A stretch of DNA of 64,000 bases from Mycoavidus cysteinexigens (GTDB lineage: Bacteria > Pseudomonadota > Gammaproteobacteria > Burkholderiales > Burkholderiaceae). Within the stretch, counting starts at the first letter, position 1. The number at the start of each line of letters is the position of its first letter. This document shows positions 12,301-22,936 of the stretch, piece after piece. Position numbers and translations under genes: made by a program. The notes beneath the pieces are model-generated. The model searched no databases, was not told the origin of the DNA, and worked only from the letters and a program-made list of their open reading frames with translations. The stretch is taken from NCBI GenBank assembly GCA_031963415.1, contig JASSUI010000002.1, positions 29,478 to 93,477 of the forward strand, read 5' to 3'.

Positions 12301-13856
12301 ATGAGTTAGAAAAAGATCTCTTGACGTGGTTCGATCTTGAGATGAAATGGGAGAATGGCCATAGCCAATTGGGGTGTCAGAGCGCCTTTCCAGAGCATCT
12401 TCTGCTTAAGTTACTCTATCAGCATGATGACAGAAAGGAGTACATTATTAAAACATTAGGTGCTCGCTCTACACTGTCTGAGGATACCCTAAGCGTTTTA
12501 ATGGCCTATTTAAAGGATGAGAACAACAACATCAGAGCTGCAGTCACCGGGGCTTTAGGCCACCGGCACATATTACCAAGCAACGTATTTCAGGCCTTGA
12601 TCACTTCCTTAAAGGATAGAAATGCGAGCGTTAGAGCTGCAGCGACTAATGCTTTAGGTCGTCAGCCTACTCTGACAGATGTCATATCGGAGGCCCTAAT
12701 TGCCTCCTTGAAAGATGAAAACAAGGCAATTAGATTGGCCGCCACCTTGGCTTTAGGTAAGCATCCTGCGCTATCAGATACCGCGATTCTTGCCCTGATC
12801 GCCTCTTTAAAAGATGAAAGTGAGTTGGTTGGAGTTTCAGCAGCTCAGGTGCTGGGCAATCAACCTTTGCTGTTAGACACCATAATCGATGCTTTAATCG
12901 ATACCTTGAAGGATGGAAAAGAAGAAATTAGGATTTCGGCCGCTGTGGCTTTAGGCAGTCAGCCTGCCCTTTCAGTTACTGTACTTCAGGCCTTGACCGA
13001 TGCCTTGAGGAGTGAGGAAGAAGGGGTCAGAGTTTGGGCTGCCAAGACTTTAGGAAGCCAGCCTACCCTCTCAAACACCGCAATCCAGGCTTTGATCGCT
13101 TCTTTGCAAGATGAAAGTAAGAAGGTAAGGGTTTGTGCCGTCAAAGCCTTAGGTAACTGTCCTGCTCTGCCAGACATTGCTCTTCAGATCTTAACCGCTT
13201 TATTGAAAGATAGAGATGAGAGGATTAAGACGGCAGCCGCTACTGCCTTGGCTAACCAGCGTGGGCTATCAGATGCCATTCTTCAGGCCTTGATAATTTC
13301 CTTGAAGGATAAAAACGAAAAGGTTAGGTCTGCTGCAGCCACTGCCTTAGGTCGTCAACCTAAATTATTAGACACCAATCTTCAGGTTTTGATCACTTCT
13401 TTAAAGGATGAAAATGAGGAGGTTAGGGCTGCGGCAGCTACTGCCTTAGGTGCTCATCCAGCCTTACCAACCATGGCTCTCCAGGCTTTGATCATTTCCT
13501 TGACGGATAAAAATGAGAAAGTTAGAGTCGTAACAGCCGATGCTTTAGATTCCCATGTGAATCAGCTTTTTACTTTGCTTCCGTGTTTGGAGCAAAATCA
13601 AATAAAAATACTCTATTTTTTGGTTTTATTCTCGCATAGCTGCAAACAAATTTCGTCGCTTTATATTCAAGACCACCAACTTTACTTCTGTACAGCGGTA
13701 GGTCCTGGTCAATCTATCCCTCTCACTACTGAACAAATTGTGAAGATTGCAGAGGCTTTTAAAGCAGTTCAGCTAGGAACCGATGTTATTGCAGCATTAA
13801 GAATAAAACGTGACTTTCGTGTAGAAGCGTTACTAGCTGAGTTGCTGCACAGATAA
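9324..13856 (+). CDS. NLR-like STAND NTPase: TPR-like leader, SEFIR/TIR-like domain, NACHT, HEAT-repeat array and conserved C-terminal module (1510 aa)
   Basis: It uses a TTG start preceded by the RBS AGGAGGA. Walker A is GRAGIGKTT (11013..11039), Walker B is LFILDGLDEV, followed by LITSRP. About 12 HEAT repeats of 31 aa follow (ALIASLKDENKAIRLAATLALGK). The C-terminus (LFTLLP..SLYIQDHQLYFCTAVGPGQSI) is shared with two other loci. Confidence 0.85.
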   Translation: MFNFIAGTRPFSSASSSQHQSLSSQHLLAQAQAYQAMGDLEEAQKWYLEAIKKAKAEHEKNSIDLQAKQNFDAIRNKYHAFLHELSLREHQGQSTVAPFRRQSHTSSSQNPSLLLTGSDVEPSVPSVAQSEQIDHLFEKALFTFERLEVLNKVSLFLVYAHDNSTYGQAKAHIAKYLIKKLSDVRVNLYSDQTPMGQPAAYSEGSGSVQQLEDILTNQLCLLPTQLIDKVAPVDKVVVCCSEVLGNYLKSPDYKKFHEELRVAYFKDQRTYCTDGAQANALAIREVVRKFSQEPEYKANFHHVLTETAFLQIREEHLKDRHGIISVQLTPKSHDSCLAHFISGTAVRIGDILRFEEQAEAGQEVYPNQGVHLVLFKLIERLLGENRETKLFLDKFWEGYNDLIVKLKNEQSTLAWSEFVKLLDRIFDEIWMRQLREQAQHLSQMRLQHKEVIQKLLPPTLSSGDLREALYQHYQRSSLSIQRVSGEIASLDNCYINLAIVESQAQREKDKEELEKLRTAFERLPSSERIEATNPNKLIPLERLFETQKLRDGSEDRPKRILIHGRAGIGKTTLCKKLVHEYYRNGLWRDIFDNILWVPLRQLKTVSVRSLEDLLCQRYFSNHSNNKAQALGKAFLDCQDKTLFILDGLDEVTEMFSESHPLNYFLKHLLSQPHMLITSRPAGVNASQCNKLDLELETIGFNSENVRTYIQKFVPASNQAEIQQFIDRMPMIQGLVNIPIQLDALCYSWDKLPRGQAVSISMLYEAMVDKLWRKDAIRSEKQDKGKSLNDSVIQSASKAKLEKLMGDEIDYLGYLAFKGLEQEKIEFDVEALDQRQAEIEDRFPGKVLSFSFTHDLKKTSYLHTADAERPEGERYYHFLHLTFQEFFAAKFLVTHLQGSTDAAKSTAQAYGVQKSLSLLPKRQEVEAFIATHKYNPRYEIVWWMVAGLLEGISLEHFFTLLRQPPLDLIGVRHQQVLMGCLREARDQLPQKTSDELEKDLLTWFDLEMKWENGHSQLGCQSAFPEHLLLKLLYQHDDRKEYIIKTLGARSTLSEDTLSVLMAYLKDENNNIRAAVTGALGHRHILPSNVFQALITSLKDRNASVRAAATNALGRQPTLTDVISEALIASLKDENKAIRLAATLALGKHPALSDTAILALIASLKDESELVGVSAAQVLGNQPLLLDTIIDALIDTLKDGKEEIRISAAVALGSQPALSVTVLQALTDALRSEEEGVRVWAAKTLGSQPTLSNTAIQALIASLQDESKKVRVCAVKALGNCPALPDIALQILTALLKDRDERIKTAAATALANQRGLSDAILQALIISLKDKNEKVRSAAATALGRQPKLLDTNLQVLITSLKDENEEVRAAAATALGAHPALPTMALQALIISLTDKNEKVRVVTADALDSHVNQLFTLLPCLEQNQIKILYFLVLFSHSCKQISSLYIQDHQLYFCTAVGPGQSIPLTTEQIVKIAEAFKAVQLGTDVIAALRIKRDFRVEALLAELLHR

Positions 13857-14467
13857 TTTTAATTTTGCTTTTAGCAATACTTTTTTATCCCGCTAATTGG
13901 AAATATTTTCCTAATCTTTTTACTATTTTACATAAGGTAATTTATCGAACTTTTTTTGCAAATGATGGAAGATAGAGATAATTAGGTAATTTTGAATGCA
14001 ATTACACTATATTCATCTGTTGTGTCTTGCGTCATCAGCCTCCATCTAGTCATTTGCTTCAAATAACACCTACAACCAGTAGCAGTGCTCTATTTACCGT
14101 TTTCATCTTCCATTGTCTAAACGGTCAAACGGCTCACTAATGCCGATTTTTCCAGCAGCGAAGTTATTCCAGCTTCTACTTGAACCTCAACAAAAGCATT
14201 CGTAATCTTTTGACTCTGTTCAGGCGTGAGATCAATCGGTTGCCCAGGGCCTGTTGCCGTATAAAAGTGCAATTGACTGTCCTGGATATAGAGAGGGGCA
14301 ATCTGTTGCCGGTCTCGTTGAAGTAAAACGTGAGTATAGACAGCTTGGAGTTGACTCATGTCCAAATTTGCAAGACACGGATAAAGCATATGAGTATGGG
14401 AATTTAAAGTCTGCGCAATTTCAGAGCTGAGAAGCCTACTCCTAATACTATAACTATAGGAAATATT

Positions 14468-15809
14468 GAGCCTGTCAGATATTTTGTGTGTCCGAGGTCA
14501 CGGTTAACTATGACAGCTTCTTATAATGAAGCTGTAAAACGCTCGCCAAATAAAATGGCAAATTGAACTTTTGCAGTGCGCCATGTATTAGGTGGCATTG
14601 TCCAATTTTTAGTGATATTTCGCAAAGCCAAATAAATGAGTTTGATGGCGGCCTGGTCGTTAGGGAAGTGACCTCGATTTTTAATGACCTTCCGTATTTG
14701 CATATGGAGGCTTTCAATGGCATTGGTCGTATAAATAATTTTTCGCACTTCTAACGGGTAAGCAAAGAAAGGAATGACTTCTTGCCAATGGCGCCGCCAA
14801 ATTGAAGCAATCGGCGGATATTTCAGCCCCCATGGACTTTCGGCAAAGACCTCAAGCGCCACAGCGGCCTCGGTTTCGGTGGTGGCGCGATAAATATTTT
14901 TTAGTTCTGCCGCGACAGCCTTACGGTCTTTCCAGCTCACAAAATCCAGGCTATTGCGAATTAAATGCACGATACAGGTCTGGATTTGCGCTTGCGGAAA
15001 GGTCGCTGTAATGGCTTCTGGGAAGCCTTTGAGTCCATCGACGACGGCGATTAATACGTCAGACAGGCCTCGATTTTTAAGCTCTGTCATGACCCTCAGC
15101 CAGAATTTTGCCCCTTCGGTTTGTTCAATCCAAATACCCAGAATTTCCTTGGTACCGTCTGGTCGTACACCCAAAGCAAGATAGACCGCTTTGTTTTTAA
15201 CGCTGCCCTCATCTCGAATTTTGACTCGTAAGGCATCAAAAAACACCAACGGATACATCGGTTCTAGCGGGCGATTCTGCCATTCCTTGACTTCGTCCAT
15301 CACTTCGGCGGTGATCGTTGAGATCAGATCAGGCGAGACCTCTAAGCCATACAACTCGGTTAAATGCGCTTGAATCTCGCGCACCGGTAACCCTCGCGCG
15401 TAAAGCGAGATCACCTTATCGTCAAAGCCCGGTAGTCGCCGCTGATGCTTAGCGATGAATTGCGGCGTGAAACTGCCTTCTCGATCTCGCGGTATATCGA
15501 GTTCCAGCTTGTCTTCTGACGCTAAGACCGATTTCTTGCTGCTACCATTTTTATGATTACGCTTGATCTTGCCTACGCTACGTTCTTGCTCGAGATGATG
15601 CGCTAATTCACCCTGCAATATTCTTTCTGCTAGTGACTTTTTAAGCTGACCAAACAACCCGCTTTCTGTGAATATCGAGTGCGGATTTGACAGGTCTACT
15701 CCCTCTAAAAATTTATCTAATATCGCTTGGTCTATCTTTGTCATATGCTTACTTTTTGATTACCTTCATTATCATATGACTTCTTTCACACAAAATTCCT
15801 GACACCTTC
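14468..15809 (-). mobile_element. IS256-family element
   Basis: The element is 1342 bp long with imperfect terminal IRs (GAGCCTGTCAGATATTTTGTGTG / GAAGGTGTCAGGAATTTTGTGTG). An 8-bp direct repeat GAAATATT lies at 14460..14467 and 15810..15817. Confidence 0.9.
14521..15744 (-). CDS. IS256-family (mutator-type) transposase
   Basis: The 407-aa protein carries IS256 motifs (LYARGLPVREIQ, VFFDALRVKIRD, CIVHLIRNS, YTTNAIESLH). Confidence 0.9.
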   Translation of the reverse strand: MTKIDQAILDKFLEGVDLSNPHSIFTESGLFGQLKKSLAERILQGELAHHLEQERSVGKIKRNHKNGSSKKSVLASEDKLELDIPRDREGSFTPQFIAKHQRRLPGFDDKVISLYARGLPVREIQAHLTELYGLEVSPDLISTITAEVMDEVKEWQNRPLEPMYPLVFFDALRVKIRDEGSVKNKAVYLALGVRPDGTKEILGIWIEQTEGAKFWLRVMTELKNRGLSDVLIAVVDGLKGFPEAITATFPQAQIQTCIVHLIRNSLDFVSWKDRKAVAAELKNIYRATTETEAAVALEVFAESPWGLKYPPIASIWRRHWQEVIPFFAYPLEVRKIIYTTNAIESLHMQIRKVIKNRGHFPNDQAAIKLIYLALRNITKNWTMPPNTWRTAKVQFAILFGERFTASL

Positions 15810-15829
15810 GAAATATTCGCATTTGTATC

Positions 15830-17900
15830 CTTCAGAAGTTCGATCAAAGCCCTAACCCCTTCAGGAGTCAACGCGGACTGCTTGCTTAAGGCGCATGCAG
15901 CCGTAGACCTGACCTCCGCCTCCTCATTCTTATCCATCAAGATATCGGTCAAGGCCCCCAACCCTTTATCAGATAACGCGGACTGCTTGCCTAAGGCCCA
16001 CGCAGCCTCAGTCCTGAGAGAGTGAACCGCATTCGTATCCTTCAAGACTTTGATCAAGGCCCCCACCCCTTCATCAGACCACGTGGACTGATTGCGTAAG
16101 GCTTCCATAGTCGCAGATATGACATCCGCCTCCGCATTCGTATCTTTCAAGATGTCGATCAAGGCCCCTAACCATTCATCAGAACACGTGGACTGATTGC
16201 GTAAGGCCCACACAGCCTCAGACCTGACATCCGCCTCCACATTCGTATCCTTCGAGACGTCGATCAAGGCCCTAACCCCTTCAGGAGGCAACGCGGACTG
16301 ATTGCGTAACGCCCGAACAGCCTCAGTCCTAAGAGAGTGAACCGCATTCGTATCCATCAAGACGTCGATCAAGGCCCTCACCCCTTCAGGAGGCAACATG
16401 GACTGACCGCCTAAGGCTTCCGCAGTCGCAGACCTGACAGCCGCCTCCTCATTCGTATCCCTTAAGACGTCGGTCAAGGCCTTAACCCTTTCAGGAGGCA
16501 AGATGGACCGATTGCGTAACGCCAGCACAGCCTTAGACCTGAGATACGCCCCCTCATTCGTATCCTTCAAGACGTTGATCAAGGCCCCCAACCCTTCATC
16601 AGACAACGCGGACTGTTTGCCTAAGATCCGCGCAGCCTCAGTCCTGACAGACGCTTCCACCTTCCCATCCTTCAAGACATAGATCAAGGCCCCCACCCGT
16701 TCATCAGACAACGTGGACTGATTGCATAAGGCTTCCACAGTCGCAGATCTGACATCCGCATCCTCATTCGTATCCATCAAGACGCCGATCAAGGCCCCCA
16801 CCCGTTCATCAGACAATGTGGACTGATTGCATAAGGCTTCCACAGTCGCAGATCTGACATCCGCCTCCGCATTCGTATCCTTCAAGATGTCGATCAAGGC
16901 CTCCACCCGTTCATCAGACAATGTGGACTGATCGCGTAAGGCCCACACAGCCGCAGTCCTGACATCCGCCTCCGCATTCGTATCCTTCAAGATGTCGATC
17001 AAGGCCCCCACCCGTTCATCAGACAATGTGGACTGATCGCGTAAGGCCCACACAGCCGCAGTCCTGACATCCGCCTCCGCATTCGTATCCTTCAAGACGT
17101 CGATCAAGGCCCCCACCCCATCAGGAGTCAACGTGGACTGATTGCGTAACGCCCGCACAGCCTCAGTCCTGAGAGAGTGAACCGCATTCGTATCCTTCAA
17201 GATGTCGATCAAGGCCCCCAACCGTTCATCAGATAACGTGGAGCGATTACCTAAGGCCCGCACAGCCGCAGACCTGATATCCACCTCCTCATTCGCATCC
17301 TTCAAGACGTCGATCAAGGCTCCCACCCCTTCATCAGACAACGCGGACTGATTGCCTAGGGCTTCCGCAGTCAAAGTCCTGAGAGAGCGAACCGCATTCG
17401 TATCCTTCAAGACGTCGACCAAGGCCCCCACCCATTCATCAGACAATGTAAACTGATCGCGTAAGGCCCACGCAGCCGCAGACCTGACATCCGCCTCCTC
17501 ATTCGTATCCTTCAAGACGTCGATCAACGCGCCCACCCCTTCATCAGACAACGTGGACTGATTGCGTAACGCCCGCGCAGCCGCAGACCTGACATCCGCC
17601 TCCTCATTTGTATCCTTCAAGACGTCGATCAAGGCCCCCACCCCTTCATCAGACAACGCGGACTGCTTGCCTAAGGCTTCCGCAGCCAAAGTCCTGAGAG
17701 AGAGAACCGCATTCATACCATTCAAGACGTCGATCAAGGCCCTCCACCTTTCAGCAGGCAATGCGTAGTGATTGCGTAACGCCAGCGCAACCTTATACAT
17801 GACCTCCACCTTCTCCACACTCGTATCCCTCGTATCCTTCAAGACGTCGATCAAGGCCTTAACCCCATCCTTAGATGACCTAGAACGATCGCACAACGTC
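15830..17900 (-). repeat. In-frame tandem array of 105-bp (35-aa) HEAT-like coding repeats
   Basis: About 20 units follow the pattern ALIDVLKDTN(A/E)EADVRxAAxxALRxQSxLSDExVG. Units 16861..16965 and 16966..17070 differ at a single nucleotide. Confidence 0.9.
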
Positions 17901-20900
17901 CTCAGCAAAGGCCCTTTGCCCTCCATTTCTGCTTGATGTATTCTGTTTAGCAAAAGAGATTCTGGGAAAGCGTGCTGCCTCCCTAAAACACTTTGACCTG
18001 TTTTTTTTATCTCTACATCCAGCCACAGCATGAGCTCCTGTTCCAATTGCACAATGGTCTCTGATTTCAATCGCGCTCTGGCTTCCTGCAAACAATTCAG
18101 GATCAGCTGTTGATGAGGGATGCCAATTAAGTCTCGGGGTGCTTGATTTAATAATTTAAAGAATTGCTCCGCCCCTTCGGGGTTAAGTAAGCCTGCAACC
18201 ATCTGCCAGACAATTTCATAACGAGGGTTATATTTCTGGGTCGCGATAAATGCCTCAAGTTCTTCCAAATTTGGCAATACGCCTAACTCTGTTTGTACAG
18301 AGGGGGTTACCTCGCGCTTTCCTAGCTTAGTAGCATACTTTTGTATTTGCCTAACAAGAAATTTTGCCGCAAAGAATTCTTGGAAAGTCAGATGTAAGAA
18401 ATGCCAGGCACGTTTATATTCTTCGGAGTCGGTATCGGTTGTATGTAAAAAGGCGAGTTGTCCAAGGTTAATTAGTAAGTCTGCTAACAACGGCTTCTTG
18501 CCTTCCTGGTCGCACTGTTGATAGAGTACCGACAATATGTTTTGTAAATAATCATCATCAAATTCAAGCACACCGTCTTGTATCCCTTGGAACGCTAAAT
18601 AACTTAGATACTCCTCTTCTACAGGAGCTAACTGTGCTTTGAATAAATCAGACTTTAAGCGGAAAGCTAATTCATGCCTTACTGGCATCCCTGTTGACGA
18701 TTTTCCTAAGCGCACACTATCGTTGCGCATTAGCTGGCTGATCATCGTCTTATACAGCGACGTCATAGTGAGGGAATGGCCGGCCTTAACCTGAGTTTGT
18801 AGCTTATTCCAGCTAAAACACAGTACATCCAGCTGCACGGGAATATTCACTAACCCTTGGACGACAGGTGTTCGTTTAATAAAGTCCTGTATCGCAACAA
18901 CAGTCTCAGGAGCTACTACCTTCTGCAGATAGGTTTGTACATTCTCTTGGCTAAAACCAATCGTTTCGAGTTCCAGATCGATAGAGGGCAGTATGGAATG
19001 ATCGACACCTGAAGGGCGAGAGGTCAGCATAATATGCGGCTGCTTTAATAACGTCGTGATAAATTGACCCAAAGGACTATCCACATTTGCCGTCTCTGTG
19101 GAAACTTCATCCAAACCATCGAGAATAAAAAGAATCCTGTCGGAATAGGCAGCTAGCGTGCGGGCCAAAGCTTCTTTATCAACGTGCTGCGCGAAATATT
19201 TCTCACGTAGCAGGTCTTCTAGATTACGAGCGGTATAGGTTGATTTAAGCTGGCGCAGCGGAAGCCAGAGCACCGCGTCGAACTGACCTTGCCACAGACC
19301 ATTTTCCTTGTGAAATTCGTAGACTAACTTCTTACAGAGCGTGCTCTTACCACTACCTGGACGGCCTTGAATTAAAATCTCGCTCGGTTTGTCTTTTTTT
19401 CCATTACGCAGTATGCGTTCATTGAATAAATTTTTTAATTCAATCTGGGCTTGTATATTGGTATTTGTGACCTGTTCATAGCTCCCCATACGGTTGAAAA
19501 CCGCTGGTTTTTTCTGTAATTGTTTTTTCTCTTGCTCGCGTTGCTGCAAGCTTTCGACAATCGCCAAATTGATATAACAATCTTCTAGACTAAGCTCCTC
19601 TCCGGAGACACGTTGAATCGAAAGTAGATTGAATTGTCCACGGCGAAGACGCTCATAATAATCTTTCAATGCTGTACGGACTTGACCTAAGCTTACTGAA
19701 GCAGGCGTAGTGTTGATTCTGATATCGGCAAGGCCACGCTGGATTTCATTAAAGTGATCTGGAATCGCCACCACAATATCAGCATGCTGCTTGATATTGT
19801 GTACTTCTTGAAGCAATGCCTTTTTCGGGACAGCTTCCCAAAATGCATGTGGCCCAGGAGGCACATATCCGCCCCGCTCCATTTCTTGAATATCCGGCTC
19901 TTGTATATTGAAGACCGAGATGTCGCTTCTTTGCCAGCGCCCTATACGGTCAAGCGTACCTTTCGCATATTCCTTAATGGCCTCGAGTTTTCCCCAACCA
20001 ATCTTTTCTTCTGACAAGCCTTTGAGCATACTCAGTGCACTGTCTCGAGTGGTTTCAGTCACCCTCGCACATGCAATTCGCTCTAAACGATCACATAAAC
20101 CGCGTAGAAAATTCTCGTCATACGGCTCATTGCTTTCATTGAGCAGATTTTCCAAAAAATCTAATCGCCCTGTCTTTAATCCCACACCCAAATAGACGTC
20201 AACCAGGCGTAGCTGCACATACCACGGTTGAACTCGATCATGGGAAAACTCATGAATTCCTATTCTGAAAGCTCTAAACGCATCGATAAATCGATCTGGC
20301 TCAAAGCCAGCAATGATCACAGCAGTTAATGCGGTACTGGGACTGGCCATACTACCAGCGATGAGTTTTAAAATACCGCCTGTTAAATAAAGGCCCCCTG
20401 CCACAGCAGGGTTAAGATAGCGTGTCAGCTTTTCCCAAAAGGTTTTGTCATTCGGTAAACGGGCCAACGCTTGCCGCGCATACATAACTGGCCAAGCTAA
20501 CTCTAAGTCAGTTTCATATCGATCAAATACCTGCCTCAAGGCTTCTTGTATCTTCTCTCGGTCTATCTTCTCTATTTCCAGATCAACCATTTGATCTAAC
20601 ACAAGCGATACTGCATCCAATAAGGTGCGAGCTTGCAGGCAGTTTTGATTGATTTGAATCTCTTGTAAGGACTGAAGAAGTGCCTTGAGCAATACAACGC
20701 GATCTGCTACCGCATGCGGATCTTGCTCTAGTTTGAGGCGGCTAAGTACCAATCGACAGAGTCCATTTAATACGCTCACATCTAGACATCGATTGTGTTC
20801 TGGCTTTAATACATCCAATAGTGCGTTGATGAGTTTACGGTGAAATTCAGTATGATCAATAGTCCCCAACGCAACCAATTCTTGGATATGCGCGAGGTTT

Positions 20901-21302
20901 TTCACACTTTTGTTGAACTGAACGAGCACCTGCTCAGCTTCTTCAAGTAGCACAGCGGCCTCAGTAGGCACGCTCTCTTTTCCTTGATGTGAGGCAAGGA
21001 TTTGTTTATAGCACCAAGCAAGATGACGGGTTTCCTGTAAATCTTTCGTATGCGTACAAGCGGGATAATTCAACGTAGGAATGGCAGAGCGAGAGAATTG
21101 CCCCTGCAGGGGTGCTTTGAAAAAGGGAGGTCCGGCCGATAAGCCAGCAATATACTGTGCAAAAATATTTGCCTTGCTCTCTGAGCATGGCCCATACATC
21201 GCTACATAATTAGGCTGTGTAGGGAGCGTTGCATGCTGTAGAGGAATAGGATTGCTGCCCAACGCAGAAAGTGCTTCTGTAGACTGACCTAACGCGCTTA
21301 AG

Positions 21303-22936
21303 TAGCTTGAATACTCAAGGACTACTTTCCTAAGAAACTTCCTCGTCTATGCTGCCTTAGGTTGCAATGTATAGCCTAATGATTCAGCCCGATGGGTTAA
21401 GTTAGCTAAAATTCTTTGTCGGTAACGCTCTTCATAGTATGCGGCGCCAGGATCAACATAGTTCATGCCATATCGCAATGCATTGTAGAACAGTACGGCA
21501 ATTTTCCGCGCCGTGGCGGTCACGGCTTTGGCTTTGCCAATACGCGCTGATAAGCGTCGATAGAATGCACCCAGTGCGGTCTCTGTTCGACCTATTGTGG
21601 TTGCCGCTAAACGCAGCGCTGCCGCTGCCTTATTTGAAGAGCGCCGCGTTTTAGAAGAGAGGACTTTGCCCCCTGATATTTTATTTCCTGGTGCTAAGCA
21701 TAGCCACGAGGTGAAATGCTTCACACTTGGCCAGCGCGACATATCGTTACCCCATTCAGCAACAAGCTTAAGAGCCAAAGAGGGGCCTAAACTATGTATC
21801 TGTGTGAGATCAATGCCGAGCACTTGATAGAGTGATGCTCTGACATCAAATGACATCTGATTAGATTGTTTACTTCGACACCGAGCTGTAGGCAAAGGGG
21901 TTGTCGCAGGTGGGTTATTGCGGTGCAACTTTTTTAAGGCAAGCTCAATCTGTTCATCACATTGCGCGATCTGCGTTTGATAAAAGTCGTACAAAGCCAC
22001 GGCTTGCGTCAACTCAAAAACATGCTCCGCTTGATAATGGCCTGTCAAAGCAGCACAAATATCTTCTTGAGATGCTTTACACCGAAAATCTCGATATTGA
22101 GCGAGTACCTCGGCGCAACGTTCACCGGCAATGATGGCGCGAATGATCTTCATGCCGGTGACGCCCGTTATGTCCGAGACCACAAGAGGCAACTGTACAT
22201 TCATTTGTACTAACGCTTTTTGCATATGCTGGATATGCGCTGCCGCATATTCAATTAAGCGCTCGCGCTGACGTAAATAAGCACGTAGCGTTGCCACATC
22301 ATGACGAGGTCGAAAGCTTGCGCTAAGTAATCCGTAAGCATGAAGTTTTTGCAGCCATTGAGCATCATTCACATCGGTCTTACGACCAGGTACCGTCTTG
22401 GCATGCCTGGCATTGACCAACACAACTTCAAAGCCTCGTGCTTCCAATATCTCAAATACAGCAATCCAATAAACGCCAGTAGACTCCATGGCAACCGTCG
22501 TTACACCCTTTTCCTTTAGCCACTGGGATAGGGCGTACAAATCGCCAGTGAAACTACGAAATGACCGAACTGGCTCTTCATCGCATTCAGGATCCACAGC
22601 CACAACGTGGAATGCTGAACCCACATCAATACCCGCAGCATGGGGATGAACGATTGAAATATCGGCGATGCTATGATGAATAGATCGAGGTTTTCTCTGC
22701 TTCATTGCCAAACCCTCCCAAAATGATGAATGATCGAAAGGCAGGATGACGGTGTCAATCACTTTCCTAAACGGGATCACTTCGCAGTGTCACCAATACG
22801 GGGGCCGCATCTATCCTTGGACCACGTTATATATCGGGGTAAACCACCAAAAAATAAACGGTCTCTCCAATCGACACAGATACTATAACTCCATCATAAG
22901 AGTTTCTCTGATTTGGGTAGGGGAGCGCCCCTTAAG
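21303..22936 (-). mobile_element. IS110-family element
   Basis: CTTAAG is present at both junctions (21297..21302 and 22931..22936), and there are no terminal inverted repeats. A 225-nt non-coding end lies upstream of the recombinase gene and 44 nt lie downstream. Precise removal restores the host reading frame. Confidence 0.8.
21347..22705 (-). CDS. IS110-family DEDD transposase/recombinase
   Basis: N-terminal motifs are GIDVGSAFHVVAV and MESTGVYW, and the C-terminal region is typical of IS110. I prefer the ATG at 22705 because the RBS GGGAGGG (22713..22719) lies 7 nt upstream. The ORF track extends the frame to 22780. Confidence 0.85.
   Translation of the reverse strand: MKQRKPRSIHHSIADISIVHPHAAGIDVGSAFHVVAVDPECDEEPVRSFRSFTGDLYALSQWLKEKGVTTVAMESTGVYWIAVFEILEARGFEVVLVNARHAKTVPGRKTDVNDAQWLQKLHAYGLLSASFRPRHDVATLRAYLRQRERLIEYAAAHIQHMQKALVQMNVQLPLVVSDITGVTGMKIIRAIIAGERCAEVLAQYRDFRCKASQEDICAALTGHYQAEHVFELTQAVALYDFYQTQIAQCDEQIELALKKLHRNNPPATTPLPTARCRSKQSNQMSFDVRASLYQVLGIDLTQIHSLGPSLALKLVAEWGNDMSRWPSVKHFTSWLCLAPGNKISGGKVLSSKTRRSSNKAAAALRLAATTIGRTETALGAFYRRLSARIGKAKAVTATARKIAVLFYNALRYGMNYVDPGAAYYEERYRQRILANLTHRAESLGYTLQPKAA

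Noticed and set aside
15830-17900. The regular 105-bp periodicity looked like a possible CRISPR or satellite array.
   Set aside because: The units lie in one continuous minus-strand ORF and translate to HEAT-like repeats. There is no repeat/unique-spacer alternation.
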